A stretch of 32,000 nucleotides of DNA from Flavobacteriaceae bacterium (GTDB lineage Bacteria > Bacteroidota > Bacteroidia > Flavobacteriales > Flavobacteriaceae), in NCBI GenBank assembly GCA_965224465.1, contig OZ245049.1, forward strand, positions 540,001 to 572,000, written 5' to 3'. Positions within the stretch are counted from its first letter, which is position 1. Every line of letters begins with the position of its first letter. A program made the position numbers and the translations under genes. Positions 1-9,656 of this stretch are shown piece by piece. The notes under the pieces are model-generated. The model saw nothing but the letters and a program-made list of their open reading frames with translations. It was not told the origin of the DNA and searched no databases.

Positions 1-966
1 TTAAAAGAGGTTGGTTTAGGTGATCTAAATAATGATTGGTTTACTAAAAATGAAAAACAAAAACCAGCGGAATTAATAGATACCCTTATTAAAAGAGCAA
101 ACAAAAAATATGACGAAACAAAAAAAGAACAACCGGTTTCAAAAGACAAGGAAACTGAATTCAAAGCCAAGACTAAAGAAATTGTTTTGCAGGCTATAAA
201 CACCTATACTGAAGTTAATAATGGCAATGATATTGAAGAAAATTTCAAATCCTATTATATTAATGGAGTTTATCAATTGATGGATAAATCGGGTTTTGCT
301 GACAATCAAGATATTTCTCATCTTAATTCAGATACTATTGTTGCTCAAAGTGTTGCTTCAAATATACATTTTAAACTTACAAGTACTTTTTCTTATTTTA
401 TTTCAAAAGATTACTTAATTGAAAGAGAGAATATTTTTGAGGCAATTGACAGGTTAAGTGTCAACCTTAAAGAATATTGTATAATATCATTTGGTGTTTA
501 CCTTCCGTTTTTAGTAGACAATTTAAAAGTTCCTAATCTAACCAAACAAGGTGAATTCTATTATTTTCATGATACTAAAATAATTACTCTAAACACTTAT
601 GTAAATGAAGTAGTAAGAGATTCTATTATAGTAATAAAGAAAGACTGTTTGCCTAAATTAGTATTTAAAACAATAGACACAGAAGAATTCACTAAATATA
701 ACTTAGACGAATTGGATGAGCAAACTCATCTTTCTGCATCAATTGTTGATTTAAATATTAATCAAGATTTAAGGGATGAAATATCACGTAAATCGAATGA
801 AGATTTAACAAAAAATGTATTAGCATGTATTTCCCTTTGTATTGAAACTCGCTGGAAATCATCTACTACTTGTTATCAATTTAAACCTTTTGACCAATTT
901 AGAAATAAGGGAATTCCACAAAAATTGGAAGATATTGAAACGATAAATAAAACAACCAGCCCATAA
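1..966 (+). CDS. hypothetical protein, 5'-partial (frame 1 is open from the window edge; the M at 187 is probably internal)
   Basis: Frame 1 has no stop from nt 1 to TAA at 964-966. No motif recognised. The stop codon overlaps the inverse core of the following attC. Confidence 0.55.
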   Translation, partial: LKEVGLGDLNNDWFTKNEKQKPAELIDTLIKRANKKYDETKKEQPVSKDKETEFKAKTKEIVLQAINTYTEVNNGNDIEENFKSYYINGVYQLMDKSGFADNQDISHLNSDTIVAQSVASNIHFKLTSTFSYFISKDYLIERENIFEAIDRLSVNLKEYCIISFGVYLPFLVDNLKVPNLTKQGEFYYFHDTKIITLNTYVNEVVRDSIIVIKKDCLPKLVFKTIDTEEFTKYNLDELDEQTHLSASIVDLNINQDLRDEISRKSNEDLTKNVLACISLCIETRWKSSTTCYQFKPFDQFRNKGIPQKLEDIETINKTTSP

Positions 967-1037
967 CACGTGCTCATACATCATAGCTTTGCCGCAGGCG
1001 CAACACAAAGATACGCTGCATAGCACCACCGTTACCT
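961..1037 (+). repeat. attC-type recombination site, short form, intron-free (attC-0)
   Basis: CCATAAC (RYYYAAC-like inverse core, 961-967) ... GTTACCT (GTTRRRY-like core, 1031-1037). Imperfect inverted arms GTGCT..AT..AGC / GCT..AT..AGCAC. Bases after G1031 (TTACCTGC) are complementary to the end of the next cassette at 6022-6028. Confidence 0.6.
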
Positions 1038-1195
1038 GCAAGCGAAAAAACAGCCAGCCGCACAAAAAAAGAGTGCCAAAAAAGGCACACATTGTTTTTT
1101 ACCCACCACATTTAACCATTACAATTAAACGACTTTTCTCATTAGAATTTAATGATTTATTATTAAGTTTACAGCATAATTAAATCTGTTCGAAA

Positions 1196-1393
1196 ATGAA
1201 CCGAATAAAAGAAATTCTGAAAGACAAAGGAATCAGTCAAACTTGGCTTGCTAAGGAAATGGAGAAGAGTTATCCTGCTATAAATGATTACGCAAGAAAC
1301 AAACGACAACCAAGCATTGAAGACCTTTACAAGATTGCCGAAATATTGAACGTAGACATTTCGGAACTATTAATATCAAACAAGAAAAAATGA
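1196..1393 (+). CDS. XRE/Cro-C1 family HTH regulator, R-M controller (C-protein)-like
   Basis: 65 aa. Typical HTH_3 pattern (GISQTWLAKEMEKSYPAINDYARNKRQPSIEDLYKIAEILNVDISELL). Stop overlaps the ATG of the downstream methyltransferase (ATGA). Confidence 0.8.
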   Translation: MNRIKEILKDKGISQTWLAKEMEKSYPAINDYARNKRQPSIEDLYKIAEILNVDISELLISNKKK

Positions 1394-3468
1394 AACTAAC
1401 CGATATATTAAGAGACAGTAACTATAAACTAACTCAATTTACAACTGAGCAAATTTCGACATTAGAAAATAGTATCTTTCTAAAAGAAGTTAGAGGAAAA
1501 GAAGTTCCATTTATTAACTGTTTGGTACGCAGAAAAGATATTCAACTAAAACCTGAAGAAGCCATTAGACAATTATATTTAATGGTTTTGAATGAAGAAT
1601 ACGGATATCCATTTGAAAGAATGGAAATTGAGTATGCCGTAAGTTTTGGACGTGAAAAGAAACGTGCTGATATTGTGATTTTCGACAAAAAAGATACCCG
1701 TTCTATCTACATAATGGTAGAACTTAAAAAACCGAAACTAAAAGATGGTAAAGAACAACTAAAATCTTATTGCAATGCAACTGGTGCACCAATTGGCGTT
1801 TGGAGTAATGGAGATTCAATTTCTTTTTATCATAGAAAAGACCCAAACTATTTTGAAGATTTATCTGCAATTCCATCTGCAAGTGAAAAATTATCTGATA
1901 TTTTAACCGAACGTTGGACAATTGACGATTTAGTAAAAAAAGATAAATTAGTTACCGAAAAAAAATCATTAAAAGATTTGATTTTGGAAATGGAAGATGA
2001 AGTTTTAGCAAACGCAGGTGTAGATGTTTTTGAAGAATTGTTTAAACTTATTTTCACCAAACTGTATGATGAAATGGAAAGCGGTAGAAATAAAACCCGC
2101 CATTTACGTTTCAGAAATTATGGAGATACCGAAACCGAGCTAAAAGAAAAAATACAAGACGTTTTTGATAACGCAAAAAGCAAATGGGAAGGCGTGTTTA
2201 CAGAAGATAGTAAACTAATGCTAACACCTTCTCACCTATCTGTTTGTGTTTCCTCATTACAAGATGTTAAATTATTCAATTCCAACTTAGATGTAGTAGA
2301 TGAAGCTTTTGAATATTTAATTGGTAAAAGTAGTAAAGGAGAGAAAGGACAATATTTTACACCAAGATATGTAATTGATATGTGTGTAAAAATGATGAAT
2401 CCACAAAAGGAAGAAACCGTAATTGATACCGCAGCAGGAAGTTGTGGTTTCCCTGTACATTCAATCTTTCACGTTTGGGAACAAATCCTAAAAGAAAAAG
2501 GAATACCTAAAAGCCATTTGTTTACAGCAGAAGAAAAACCTACAGAATGTACAGATTATGTGCAAAACAACGTTTTTGCCATTGATTTTGATGAAAAAGC
2601 CGTTCGTGTAGCAAGAACATTAAACCTAATTGCAGGTGACGGACAAACAAATGTATTGCATTTGAACACCTTAGATTATGAACGTTGGGACGAAAAAACA
2701 AAAGATGAAGATTGGCAAGAAACTTATTTTGAGGGTTGGAAAAAACTTAAAAAATTAAGGACAAACAAAAACAGCAATCGAGATTTTCAGTTTGATGTAC
2801 TAATGGCAAATCCACCGTTTGCAGGCGATATTAAAGAAAGTAGAATATTAGCTAAATACGAATTAGGTAAAAAACCAAACGGAAAATACCAAACCAAAGT
2901 TGGGAGAGATATTTTATTTATTGAGCGTAATTTAGATTTCTTAAAACCAGGAGGAAGAATGGCAGTTGTTTTGCCACAAGGTAGATTTAACAATAGTTCT
3001 GATAAAAATATACGTGATTATATTGCCGAAAAGTGTAGAATTTTAGGCGTAGTAGGTTTACACGGTAATGTGTTTAAACCACATACAGGTACAAAAACCT
3101 CTGTGCTTTTTGTGCAAAAGTGGGATGCTAAATTATGCCCTAAAAAAGAAGATTACCCAATATTTTTTGCGACCCAACAAGAACCAAGTAAGGACAATAG
3201 CGGAGATAAGATTTTTGTAAAGAAAAAAGATTTTCCAAATACAAATTCAACAGAAAACAATAAAGTAGAAGAGGCACAAAACCATTACGAAACATCTACA
3301 ACAGATTTAGACGAATATTTATTAGATTCTCACGGACATTTAATTGTAAAACACGACCTTTTTAATCACGATAATAGAACAAAAGACGGTATAGCAGAAG
3401 CATTTATAGAGTTTGCTAAAAAAGAAAAACTGTCTTTTGTGCAAGAAAGTCTTGTGCTGGGAAAGTAA
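1390..3468 (+). CDS. N6-adenine DNA methyltransferase (HsdM-like, gamma class) with N-terminal PD-(D/E)xK / HsdR_N-like domain
   Basis: 692 aa. N-terminal nuclease-like signature RADIVIFD...YIMVELKKP. AdoMet motif I VIDTAAGSCGF. Catalytic motif IV NPPF (LMANPPFAG). Translationally coupled to the upstream HTH gene. Confidence 0.85.
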   Translation: MKLTDILRDSNYKLTQFTTEQISTLENSIFLKEVRGKEVPFINCLVRRKDIQLKPEEAIRQLYLMVLNEEYGYPFERMEIEYAVSFGREKKRADIVIFDKKDTRSIYIMVELKKPKLKDGKEQLKSYCNATGAPIGVWSNGDSISFYHRKDPNYFEDLSAIPSASEKLSDILTERWTIDDLVKKDKLVTEKKSLKDLILEMEDEVLANAGVDVFEELFKLIFTKLYDEMESGRNKTRHLRFRNYGDTETELKEKIQDVFDNAKSKWEGVFTEDSKLMLTPSHLSVCVSSLQDVKLFNSNLDVVDEAFEYLIGKSSKGEKGQYFTPRYVIDMCVKMMNPQKEETVIDTAAGSCGFPVHSIFHVWEQILKEKGIPKSHLFTAEEKPTECTDYVQNNVFAIDFDEKAVRVARTLNLIAGDGQTNVLHLNTLDYERWDEKTKDEDWQETYFEGWKKLKKLRTNKNSNRDFQFDVLMANPPFAGDIKESRILAKYELGKKPNGKYQTKVGRDILFIERNLDFLKPGGRMAVVLPQGRFNNSSDKNIRDYIAEKCRILGVVGLHGNVFKPHTGTKTSVLFVQKWDAKLCPKKEDYPIFFATQQEPSKDNSGDKIFVKKKDFPNTNSTENNKVEEAQNHYETSTTDLDEYLLDSHGHLIVKHDLFNHDNRTKDGIAEAFIEFAKKEKLSFVQESLVLGK

Positions 3469-3500
3469 ATAGCCCTTTTAATGAAACTCGATATAAGGAG

Positions 3501-4922
3501 TTGTTGAAAGGGCTAGAAATAGTTGAAATAAATTATTCGGATTTAAAAGAAGAATATAGTAAATTAAGACTTGATGCTGAATTTTACAAAAAAGAGTATG
3601 TTCAATTTACCAAAACAATAAAAAAGAAAGATTTTTTAAAAATTGGACAAGTTTCATTTGTTACAGACGGAATTCACGAATCTATTGATTTTGATAAAAC
3701 AAGCGAGATTAACTTAATTTCTGCAAAATCACCTAAAGAGAATTATTTTGATTTAACATCAAATCATCATATTTCATCAAAGCAAAATCAAAAAAATCCA
3801 AGAACAGAATTACAAGAAAATGATGTAATTATTTCTACTGTTGGTACTATTGGAAATTGTGCTGTTGTGAGAAAAAATATTTTACCGGCAAATTCGGATA
3901 GACACGTTGGGATAGTTAGAATAAAGGAAAAGATAAAACCATATTTTTTATCTACTTTTTTATTGTCAAAATATGGAAGATTTCAAACATTAAGAGAATC
4001 TACAGGTAATGTTCAATTAAATTTATTTATTTACAAAATAAAGGAATTAATAATACCTAATTTATCAAATAAATTTCAATCAAAAATAGATTTTCTTTGT
4101 TCTTTAGCTTATGATAATCGAATACAATCAAAAAATAATTACACCCAAGCCGAAAACTTACTTTTAGACGAAATTGGTTTACAAAATTTTGAACCAAGCA
4201 AAGAACCTGTAAATATTAAATCTTTTAAAGATAGTTTTGGTACAAGTGGTAGATTGGATGCGGAGTATTATCAAAAGAAATATGAACAAGTAGTCAACAA
4301 AGTTAAAAATAAGCCTTTTGACATACTTTCTAATCTTGTAGATATTAAAAAATCTATAGAACCTGGTTCTAAAAACTATGTAGAAAAAGGTTTGCCTTTT
4401 ATGCGAGTTGCCGATTTATCAAAAAATGGTTTATCTGAACCTCAAAAATATATTTCTGATTATTTTGTAAAAGAAAATCAAGATAAAATCAATAATTTAA
4501 AACCTAAAAAAGGAACAATATTATTCTCAAAAGACGGAAGTGTAGGTATTGCATATCATTTAAGAGAAAATTATAAAGGCATAACATCAGGTGCGATTTT
4601 GCATTTAAATGTAAAAGATGAAAACAGAATAGTACCAGAATATTTAACACTTGCTTTAAACTCAAAAGTTGTACAAATGCAAGCAGAAAGAGATGCAGGA
4701 GGTTCAATTATATTACATTGGCGTTCAAGTGAAATAGAAAATGTTGTTGTTCCAATTATTGATTATAAAAAACAACAACAAATAGCAGATTTAATTGAAC
4801 AAAGTTTCACCCTAAAAAAACAAAGCGAACATTTATTAGAAGTTGCCAAACGAGCAGTAGAAATAGCCATAGAAGAAAATGAAGCAATAGCATTCAAGTA
4901 TATTAACCAAGAAACTAAATAA
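3501..4922 (+). CDS. hsdS: restriction-modification specificity subunit (HsdS-like, two target-recognition domains)
   Basis: 473 aa. Internal two-fold architecture with repeated conserved helices (LRLDAEFYKKEY near the N-terminus, GRLDAEYYQKKYE mid-protein). TTG start as given by the ORF track, so the start is uncertain. Confidence 0.85.
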   Translation: MLKGLEIVEINYSDLKEEYSKLRLDAEFYKKEYVQFTKTIKKKDFLKIGQVSFVTDGIHESIDFDKTSEINLISAKSPKENYFDLTSNHHISSKQNQKNPRTELQENDVIISTVGTIGNCAVVRKNILPANSDRHVGIVRIKEKIKPYFLSTFLLSKYGRFQTLRESTGNVQLNLFIYKIKELIIPNLSNKFQSKIDFLCSLAYDNRIQSKNNYTQAENLLLDEIGLQNFEPSKEPVNIKSFKDSFGTSGRLDAEYYQKKYEQVVNKVKNKPFDILSNLVDIKKSIEPGSKNYVEKGLPFMRVADLSKNGLSEPQKYISDYFVKENQDKINNLKPKKGTILFSKDGSVGIAYHLRENYKGITSGAILHLNVKDENRIVPEYLTLALNSKVVQMQAERDAGGSIILHWRSSEIENVVVPIIDYKKQQQIADLIEQSFTLKKQSEHLLEVAKRAVEIAIEENEAIAFKYINQETK

Positions 4923-4924
4923 TT

Positions 4925-5926
4925 ATGCAAGAAAACAATTCACAAATAATTATTTATCAGAATGAAAACGGAGAAACAAAATTAGATGTTCGTTTTCAAG
5001 ATGAAACCGTTTGGTTAACACAAAAATTAATGGCAGAGTTGTTTCAAACTACACCTCAAAACATAACCATACATCTAAAAAATATCTTTGAAGAAGGAGA
5101 GTTAGAAGAGAAAGCAACTTGTAAGGATTTCTTACAAGTTCAAATAGAAGGTAAAAGAGAAGTAAAACGAGAGCGTCAATTTTACAATTTAGACGCTATT
5201 ATTTCGGTAGGTTATCGTATAAAATCTAACGTAGCTACTAAGTTTAGACAATGGGCTACAAGCCAACTTAGAGAATACATAGTAAAAGGTTTTGTATTGG
5301 ATGATGAGCGTTTAAAAAACCCTGATTTACCTTTCGATTACTTTGAAGAATTAACCCAACGAATACAAGATATTCGTACTTCTGAAAAGCGTTTTTACAG
5401 AAAAATAACAGACATTTATGCAACAAGTGTAGATTATGACCCAACTTTAGACATTAGTATTGGTTTCTTTAAAACTGTCCAAAACAAATTGCATTGGGCT
5501 ATTACAGGAAACACAGCGTCTGAAATTATTACAGAAAGAGCAGATAGCACTAAAGAAAATATGGGCTTAACCAATTGGAGAGGTGTAAATATTAGAAAAT
5601 CAGATGTTTCTGTTGCGAAAAACTACTTAAAAGAAGATGAAATTTCAGCCTTAAATAATTTAGTGGAGCAATATTTAATTTTTGCACAAGGGCAAGCAAT
5701 GCGTAGAATCCCTATGCATATGAATAGTTGGATAGATAAGTTAAACAGTTTTTTAACATTAAATGACAGAGAAATTTTAACAAACGCAGGTAGTGTATCT
5801 CACGAAATTGGAAAAGAAAATTCAGAACGAGAATATAAGATTTTCAAAGAAAATAAGCAGAATATAATAGACGAAGGAGACTTTGAAAAGGCTATAAAAA
5901 AAATAGATAATAAGTCTCGAAAATAG
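4925..5926 (+). CDS. rhuM: RhuM family protein (frequently embedded in type I R-M loci)
   Basis: 333 aa. Starts 3 nt after the hsdS stop. N-terminal region (QFYNLDAIISVGYRIKSNVATKFRQWAT, LDDERLKNP) matches my recollection of RhuM-family proteins. Confidence 0.7.
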   Translation: MQENNSQIIIYQNENGETKLDVRFQDETVWLTQKLMAELFQTTPQNITIHLKNIFEEGELEEKATCKDFLQVQIEGKREVKRERQFYNLDAIISVGYRIKSNVATKFRQWATSQLREYIVKGFVLDDERLKNPDLPFDYFEELTQRIQDIRTSEKRFYRKITDIYATSVDYDPTLDISIGFFKTVQNKLHWAITGNTASEIITERADSTKENMGLTNWRGVNIRKSDVSVAKNYLKEDEISALNNLVEQYLIFAQGQAMRRIPMHMNSWIDKLNSFLTLNDREILTNAGSVSHEIGKENSEREYKIFKENKQNIIDEGDFEKAIKKIDNKSRK

Positions 5927-7070
5927 CCAACGCAAGTTCAAGCACATTTAAAGTTTGCTCGTGCCTCACAAATTTAAAAGAGCTTTCACGCCAACGCTAT
6001 CAACAGAACGGGAAAAAGCCAGCAGGTAATCGAGTAGACGGGTGACAACTGAATAGTTGCCACTGCGCCTCTCACACCACCGTACGTACGGGTCTCGTAT
6101 ACGGCGGTTCAAAAAATTGAAGTCTGCGTATTATTAATGTAATCTATCAAAGGTTTATACCCTTTTCGTACAAGTCTAGATTTGGTAATGGTAGTCTTTA
6201 AAATTGGACTTTGGGCTACTGCCCATCCTCCCATTCTGGTTCTACTCCAAGCGTATGCTTGTCCATTCTCTATTCCTAATCTGATTAGGTTTTTACGTTT
6301 TCGTTCGAGTTTTTTCCAATCGTGCCAAATACAATATCGCAACCGATTTCTTATCCACTCATCTAGCTTTTTAACTTTTGCATAGATGTTGGTTAAACGG
6401 TAATTATTCATCCAGCCTCGGCAGACTTGATTAAGCCGTTCTAAACGTTCCGACAATGACATTGGTTTGGTTTTCTTGGTAATACTCTTTAGGTTACGCT
6501 TAAACTTTGCCCAACTTTTCTTTGCTACTACTAGTATATATTGTCCTTTTACTCCCTTTTTGTAGACTGGCACAAAGCCATGTCCTAGTAACTCAAAGTT
6601 TACGGGTCTACGAATGCCACTTTTGGCTTTATTTATAGGTAGTTTTAATTTGTCTTTTAAGAAGACAAACAACGTATTCCCTATTTGTTTCGCCTCACGT
6701 TTGGTCTTTGCGTAAATGCTAAAATCATCTGCGTAGCGGACGTACCGTAAACCCATTCTTTTCATTTCTTTATCCAAGACGTCTAACATTATGTTAGATA
6801 GTAAGGGACTAATTGGGCTTCCTTGCGGGATTCCTTTTCTACGCTTTTGAAGTTTCCCATTTATTAAAATAGGAACTCTAAGCCATTTTCGGATTAAACG
6901 CATGGTTGTTGGACATTTTACCCTGTGGTAAATAAGTTGTAGTAGGATACAATGGTCCACTTCATCAAAGAACCCTTTAAGGTCAATATCTACAATATCT
7001 TGGTAACCATTATTGATATACTGTTGAGCTTGTAGTACTGCTTTTTGAATGTTCTTTTGTGGTCTAAACC

Positions 7071-7119
7071 GACCAACGGGAGCTCATGAACTCCCTAAAA
7101 TAAAAAGCTGTGAATAACC
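7071..7119 (-). repeat. 49-nt mini-insertion (TTATTCAC...GTTCATGAGCTCC family) inside intron copy A
   Basis: Absent from copies C and D at the same position (tctaaacc|caaaac). Identical to the insertion in copy B. Contains hairpin GGGAG-N8-CUCCC. Boundary ambiguous by up to 4 nt because AACC is repeated at both junctions. Confidence 0.85.
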
Positions 7120-7348
7120 CAAAACTAAGTGGCTCAAAATCAAATTCGAACTGAACCATTAATTGTTGGCTTACCGCTTGCTGTAGCCATCTATCTACTA
7201 CTGTTGGGATTCCTAAAAGTCTGGTTTTACCCTTGCCTTTTGGAATGCTTACTCCTAAGATTGAGTTTGGAACATAGCTATTCTTACGGATCGTTGTTAG
7301 TATGTCTGAACGGTTTTCAACTATATAAGTTGAAAGTTCCGTTACTTT

Positions 7349-7436
7349 TATGTGACGGTTTTATTTATTTAAATCGGTCACATAGAGCATCCGAAGATAA
7401 ATAGTCTTTCTTAGGAATATTTCTTCTCGGATGGTT
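7349..7436. repeat. 88-nt insertion made of two hairpins, unique to intron copy A
   Basis: Copies B, C and D read gttacttt|cataccatc without it. Hairpin 1 is TATGTGAC...GTCACATA. Hairpin 2 is CATCCGAAG...CTTC(TC)GGATG. Confidence 0.8.
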
Positions 7437-8021
7437 CATACCATCAACTCCGCTAGCTCCTTTATTTCGCTTCACTTGACGTGCTGCTTTAAAAAGGTTG
7501 GTAGCTTCTAGTACTTTGTCAATCATAGGTTAAATAATTCGGGTACTCCTGTTGGTTTAAAACTAGGCTAGCTAGGCATCCTAATTGAATTTCAACGTAA
7601 TTTAATGTTCTGTCCTTCCCTATTTGTGAGACCATCTGAGGTCTTTCCTCAACTCGTTTCCCATAGGTACTATGACGTCTGCTGACTTCTCCATAGAACC
7701 AACTCCTGGCTTTGGAGACCTCCCCAGGTAATGACATCTTCTTTCACTCAATCACTGCCGTATCTACATAACTACCCTTTTAGTATTCTTTTGGGCGTTG
7801 CAATGATGTGTTTACTTACCCAAGTAATTATACCTCTGTATACGGTTTCTGTTCGTCAGTACCGAGCTTTGTAGTCTCGCTTCCTTCAGATAAAACCTCA
7901 CGGTTTTCACCCTTGCGACTTACTAATGTTTCAGAACGTTACTCCTGCACATAAGGGACTTGCACCCTCTAGATTAATTAACTACCTTTCCGTAGTTAAA
8001 AGATGCCCATGCTGGGCACAC

Positions 8022-8212
8022 ACAAAGTATATAAAACATAGCTTTTAAGTGCTAAACCCAAAGGTTTGTGATTATTTACAAAGTTCCGCCAAATTTTTAA
8101 TTTGGCTTTTAAAATAGAAAAGATAAAAACAAAATATAAAAATTTGGCTCTGTACTAAACCCGAAATTTATCGTATTTTTATACGCTACGTTTCATATAC
8201 AAACCGTTGGCA
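8022..8212 (+). repeat. attC-1, distal part (its inverse core GCAGGTA is at 6022-6028, split off by intron A)
   Basis: Member of a family that is about 85% similar (8022-8212, 12019-12206, 15486-15676, 19340-19527). Arms GTATATAAAACATAGC / GCTACGTTTCATATAC. Ends in core GTTGGCA (8206-8212). Confidence 0.7.
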
Positions 8213-8227
8213 ACAAGCTAAAAAAAC

Positions 8228-9118
8228 CTACGTAATTGAAAATTCATCTGTGAAGTTTGAAATAAAATCTTGGATATACTTTTTAGATTTATCAGCAGAA
8301 CGAATAACTAAAAAATGATTTCTCTTTAATCCGTTTTTTCCGATTTTTTTATAAATCAATTCCTTTGGAAGTTTAAAAGATTTTAGTGCCCATTTTGGCA
8401 TACACATTACCCCAAAATTTGCACCAATCATTTCTAAAACAACTTCTGTAAGCGGAATAGCGGAAATTTTAGAAGGAATTATCTTATTAGGTTTTAGAAA
8501 ATGTTCATAGACAGAAACAGTTTCTAGTGGAAAAGAATGTATTATTAAATGTGCTTCTGCAAAATCATTTACATCTAAAAATTCTAAATCACCCAAAGTA
8601 TTTTCTTTATGCATAATTGCATAAATTTCATCTTCAAAAATTTCTATACTTGATAATAGACTATTTTCAGGTTTTGAGGTTACAATAGCAATGTCAATAT
8701 CATTAGACAATAACTTTGAAATTGGTTGATGTGTTGCTTCCAAAATTAGTTCTAGGTTAATTTCGGGATACAATAAGCCCATTTTTTGGATAAAATTTGG
8801 TAAACCTTGATAAAACGAATAGCACTCTGTACTTACTTTTATATTACCAATAGAACCTTTTCTTATTCTCTTAATGGTATCAAACCCTTTTTCTAAACTA
8901 TTCAATATTTCACAACCAAGTTTATTGAGCTCTTTTCCTTCTTCAGTTAAAACCCATTTGTTTCTAGTTCTATGAAAAACCTTAAACCCAAGTTGCTCTT
9001 CTAAATCTTTTAATTGATGACTTAAAGCTGATTGCGTTAGAAATAATTTACCTGATGAATTAGCAATACTACCTTCTTCAGCAATCGTTTTTATGAGTCT
9101 AAAATATTTAATTTCCAT
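8228..9118 (-). CDS. LysR family transcriptional regulator
   Basis: N-terminal HTH (MEIKYFRLIKTIAEEGSIANSSGKLFLTQSALSHQLKDLEEQLGFKVFHR) plus a substrate-binding domain. The start is more likely the MEIKYF Met (9118) than the ORF-track start at 9145. Confidence 0.85.
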   Translation of the reverse strand: MEIKYFRLIKTIAEEGSIANSSGKLFLTQSALSHQLKDLEEQLGFKVFHRTRNKWVLTEEGKELNKLGCEILNSLEKGFDTIKRIRKGSIGNIKVSTECYSFYQGLPNFIQKMGLLYPEINLELILEATHQPISKLLSNDIDIAIVTSKPENSLLSSIEIFEDEIYAIMHKENTLGDLEFLDVNDFAEAHLIIHSFPLETVSVYEHFLKPNKIIPSKISAIPLTEVVLEMIGANFGVMCMPKWALKSFKLPKELIYKKIGKNGLKRNHFLVIRSADKSKKYIQDFISNFTDEFSIT

Positions 9119-9252
9119 AACTTCAAAGTTACAACAATATGACAAATTTGAATTTGAAATATTTTCATTTATAAATTAGAATCATTCAGTTTCAAAACTA
9201 TTCCTAAATTATCAATACCTATAAATTTGTATCAAATTAAAATCTAAAAATT

Positions 9253-9645
9253 ATGCAAAAACAAATTGAATTTTACGAAAACAAATTAGCTTACGAAATG
9301 GACCCTTCAGATTTATATGATGGTTTTGAAAACAGTACAGATTATATTGCACTTGATGCACGACAAGCATTTGGGTTTGATAATGAACATATTCCAACTG
9401 CAATTAATATTCCTCATAGAGAAATGACAGAAGAAACTACAAAGCATCTTGATAAATCAAAAACGTATGTTACCTATTGTGATGGAATTGGTTGCAACGC
9501 TTCAACAAAAGGTGCGTTAAAAATGACTATATTAGGCTTTAAAGTAAAAGAACTGATGGGCGGAATTGAATGGTGGAAATTTGACGGTTATGCAACCGAA
9601 GGAACAAATTCTACCAAAGGCTCTATGTTTGAATGTGCTTGTTAA
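9253..9645 (+). CDS. rhodanese-like domain protein
   Basis: 130 aa. Rhodanese pattern with an active-site Cys loop (VTYCDGIGCNAST). Divergent from the LysR gene. Confidence 0.75.
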   Translation: MQKQIEFYENKLAYEMDPSDLYDGFENSTDYIALDARQAFGFDNEHIPTAINIPHREMTEETTKHLDKSKTYVTYCDGIGCNASTKGALKMTILGFKVKELMGGIEWWKFDGYATEGTNSTKGSMFECAC

Positions 9646-9656
9646 ATTGATAATTT

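Larger units (their letters stand above)
6109..7526 (-). pseudogene. intron-encoded reverse transcriptase/maturase, disrupted
   Basis: C-terminal 283 aa (6109-6960) are identical to copy D. The N-terminal part is broken by two non-multiple-of-3 insertions. The ATG at 7526 corresponds to the copy D start. Confidence 0.9.
6029..8021 (-). mobile_element. group II intron copy A (class C-like, inserted in attC), inactivated by 49-nt and 88-nt insertions
   Basis: Collinear and near-identical to intact copy D except for insertions at 7071-7119 and 7349-7436. On the - strand the 5' end reads GUGUGCCCAGC and the 3' end reads ...CUACUCGAU. Boundaries +/-2 nt. Confidence 0.9.

Noticed and set aside
1073-1100. 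Small hairpin GTGCC-AAAAAA-GGCAC followed by a T-run, a possible terminator at the start of the R-M cassette
   Set aside because: The stem is only 5 bp and the T-run is separated from it by 5 nt. This is too weak to call without transcript data.
1148-1170. AT-rich imperfect palindrome TTAATGATTTATTATTAA upstream of the controller-like HTH gene, a possible C-box operator
   Set aside because: Only 14 of 18 positions are symmetric, in a region that is almost pure A/T. It cannot be distinguished from background by eye.
989-1183. 64-aa ORF (and antisense 859-1092) spanning the first attC and the A-rich spacer
   Set aside because: It overlaps the attC hairpin and a low-complexity A-rich tract, and it has no motif or coupling to neighbouring genes.
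1390-5926. Search for an HsdR (SF2 helicase-nuclease) gene to complete a type I system
   Set aside because: No ORF with helicase motifs exists between the two cassette boundaries or elsewhere in the window. The system was therefore not called a complete type I R-M.
5927-6021. 95-nt spacer after rhuM with two CCAACGC motifs, and an AAAAAGCCAG string also present before the attC-2 inverse core (10099-10106)
   Set aside because: This could be a relic attC or just chance. The AAAAAGCCAG similarity is not shared by the other four sites, and I could not find convincing inverted arms.
6182-6385. 67-aa and 79/91-aa + strand ORFs inside every intron copy (e.g. 10267-10470, 11214-11453, 17637-17840, 18535-18774)
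   Set aside because: They are antisense to the well-supported RT/maturase ORF and are repeated only because the intron is repeated. Their composition looks like frame artefacts.
7519-7737. 72-aa ORF (MSLPGEVSKARSW...) repeated at 11516-11734, 14983-15201 and 18837-19055, upstream of the RT on the - strand
   Set aside because: It lies within ribozyme domains I-III of the intron. Its conservation is explained by the copies being identical DNA, and no protein motif is present. Most likely it is not coding.
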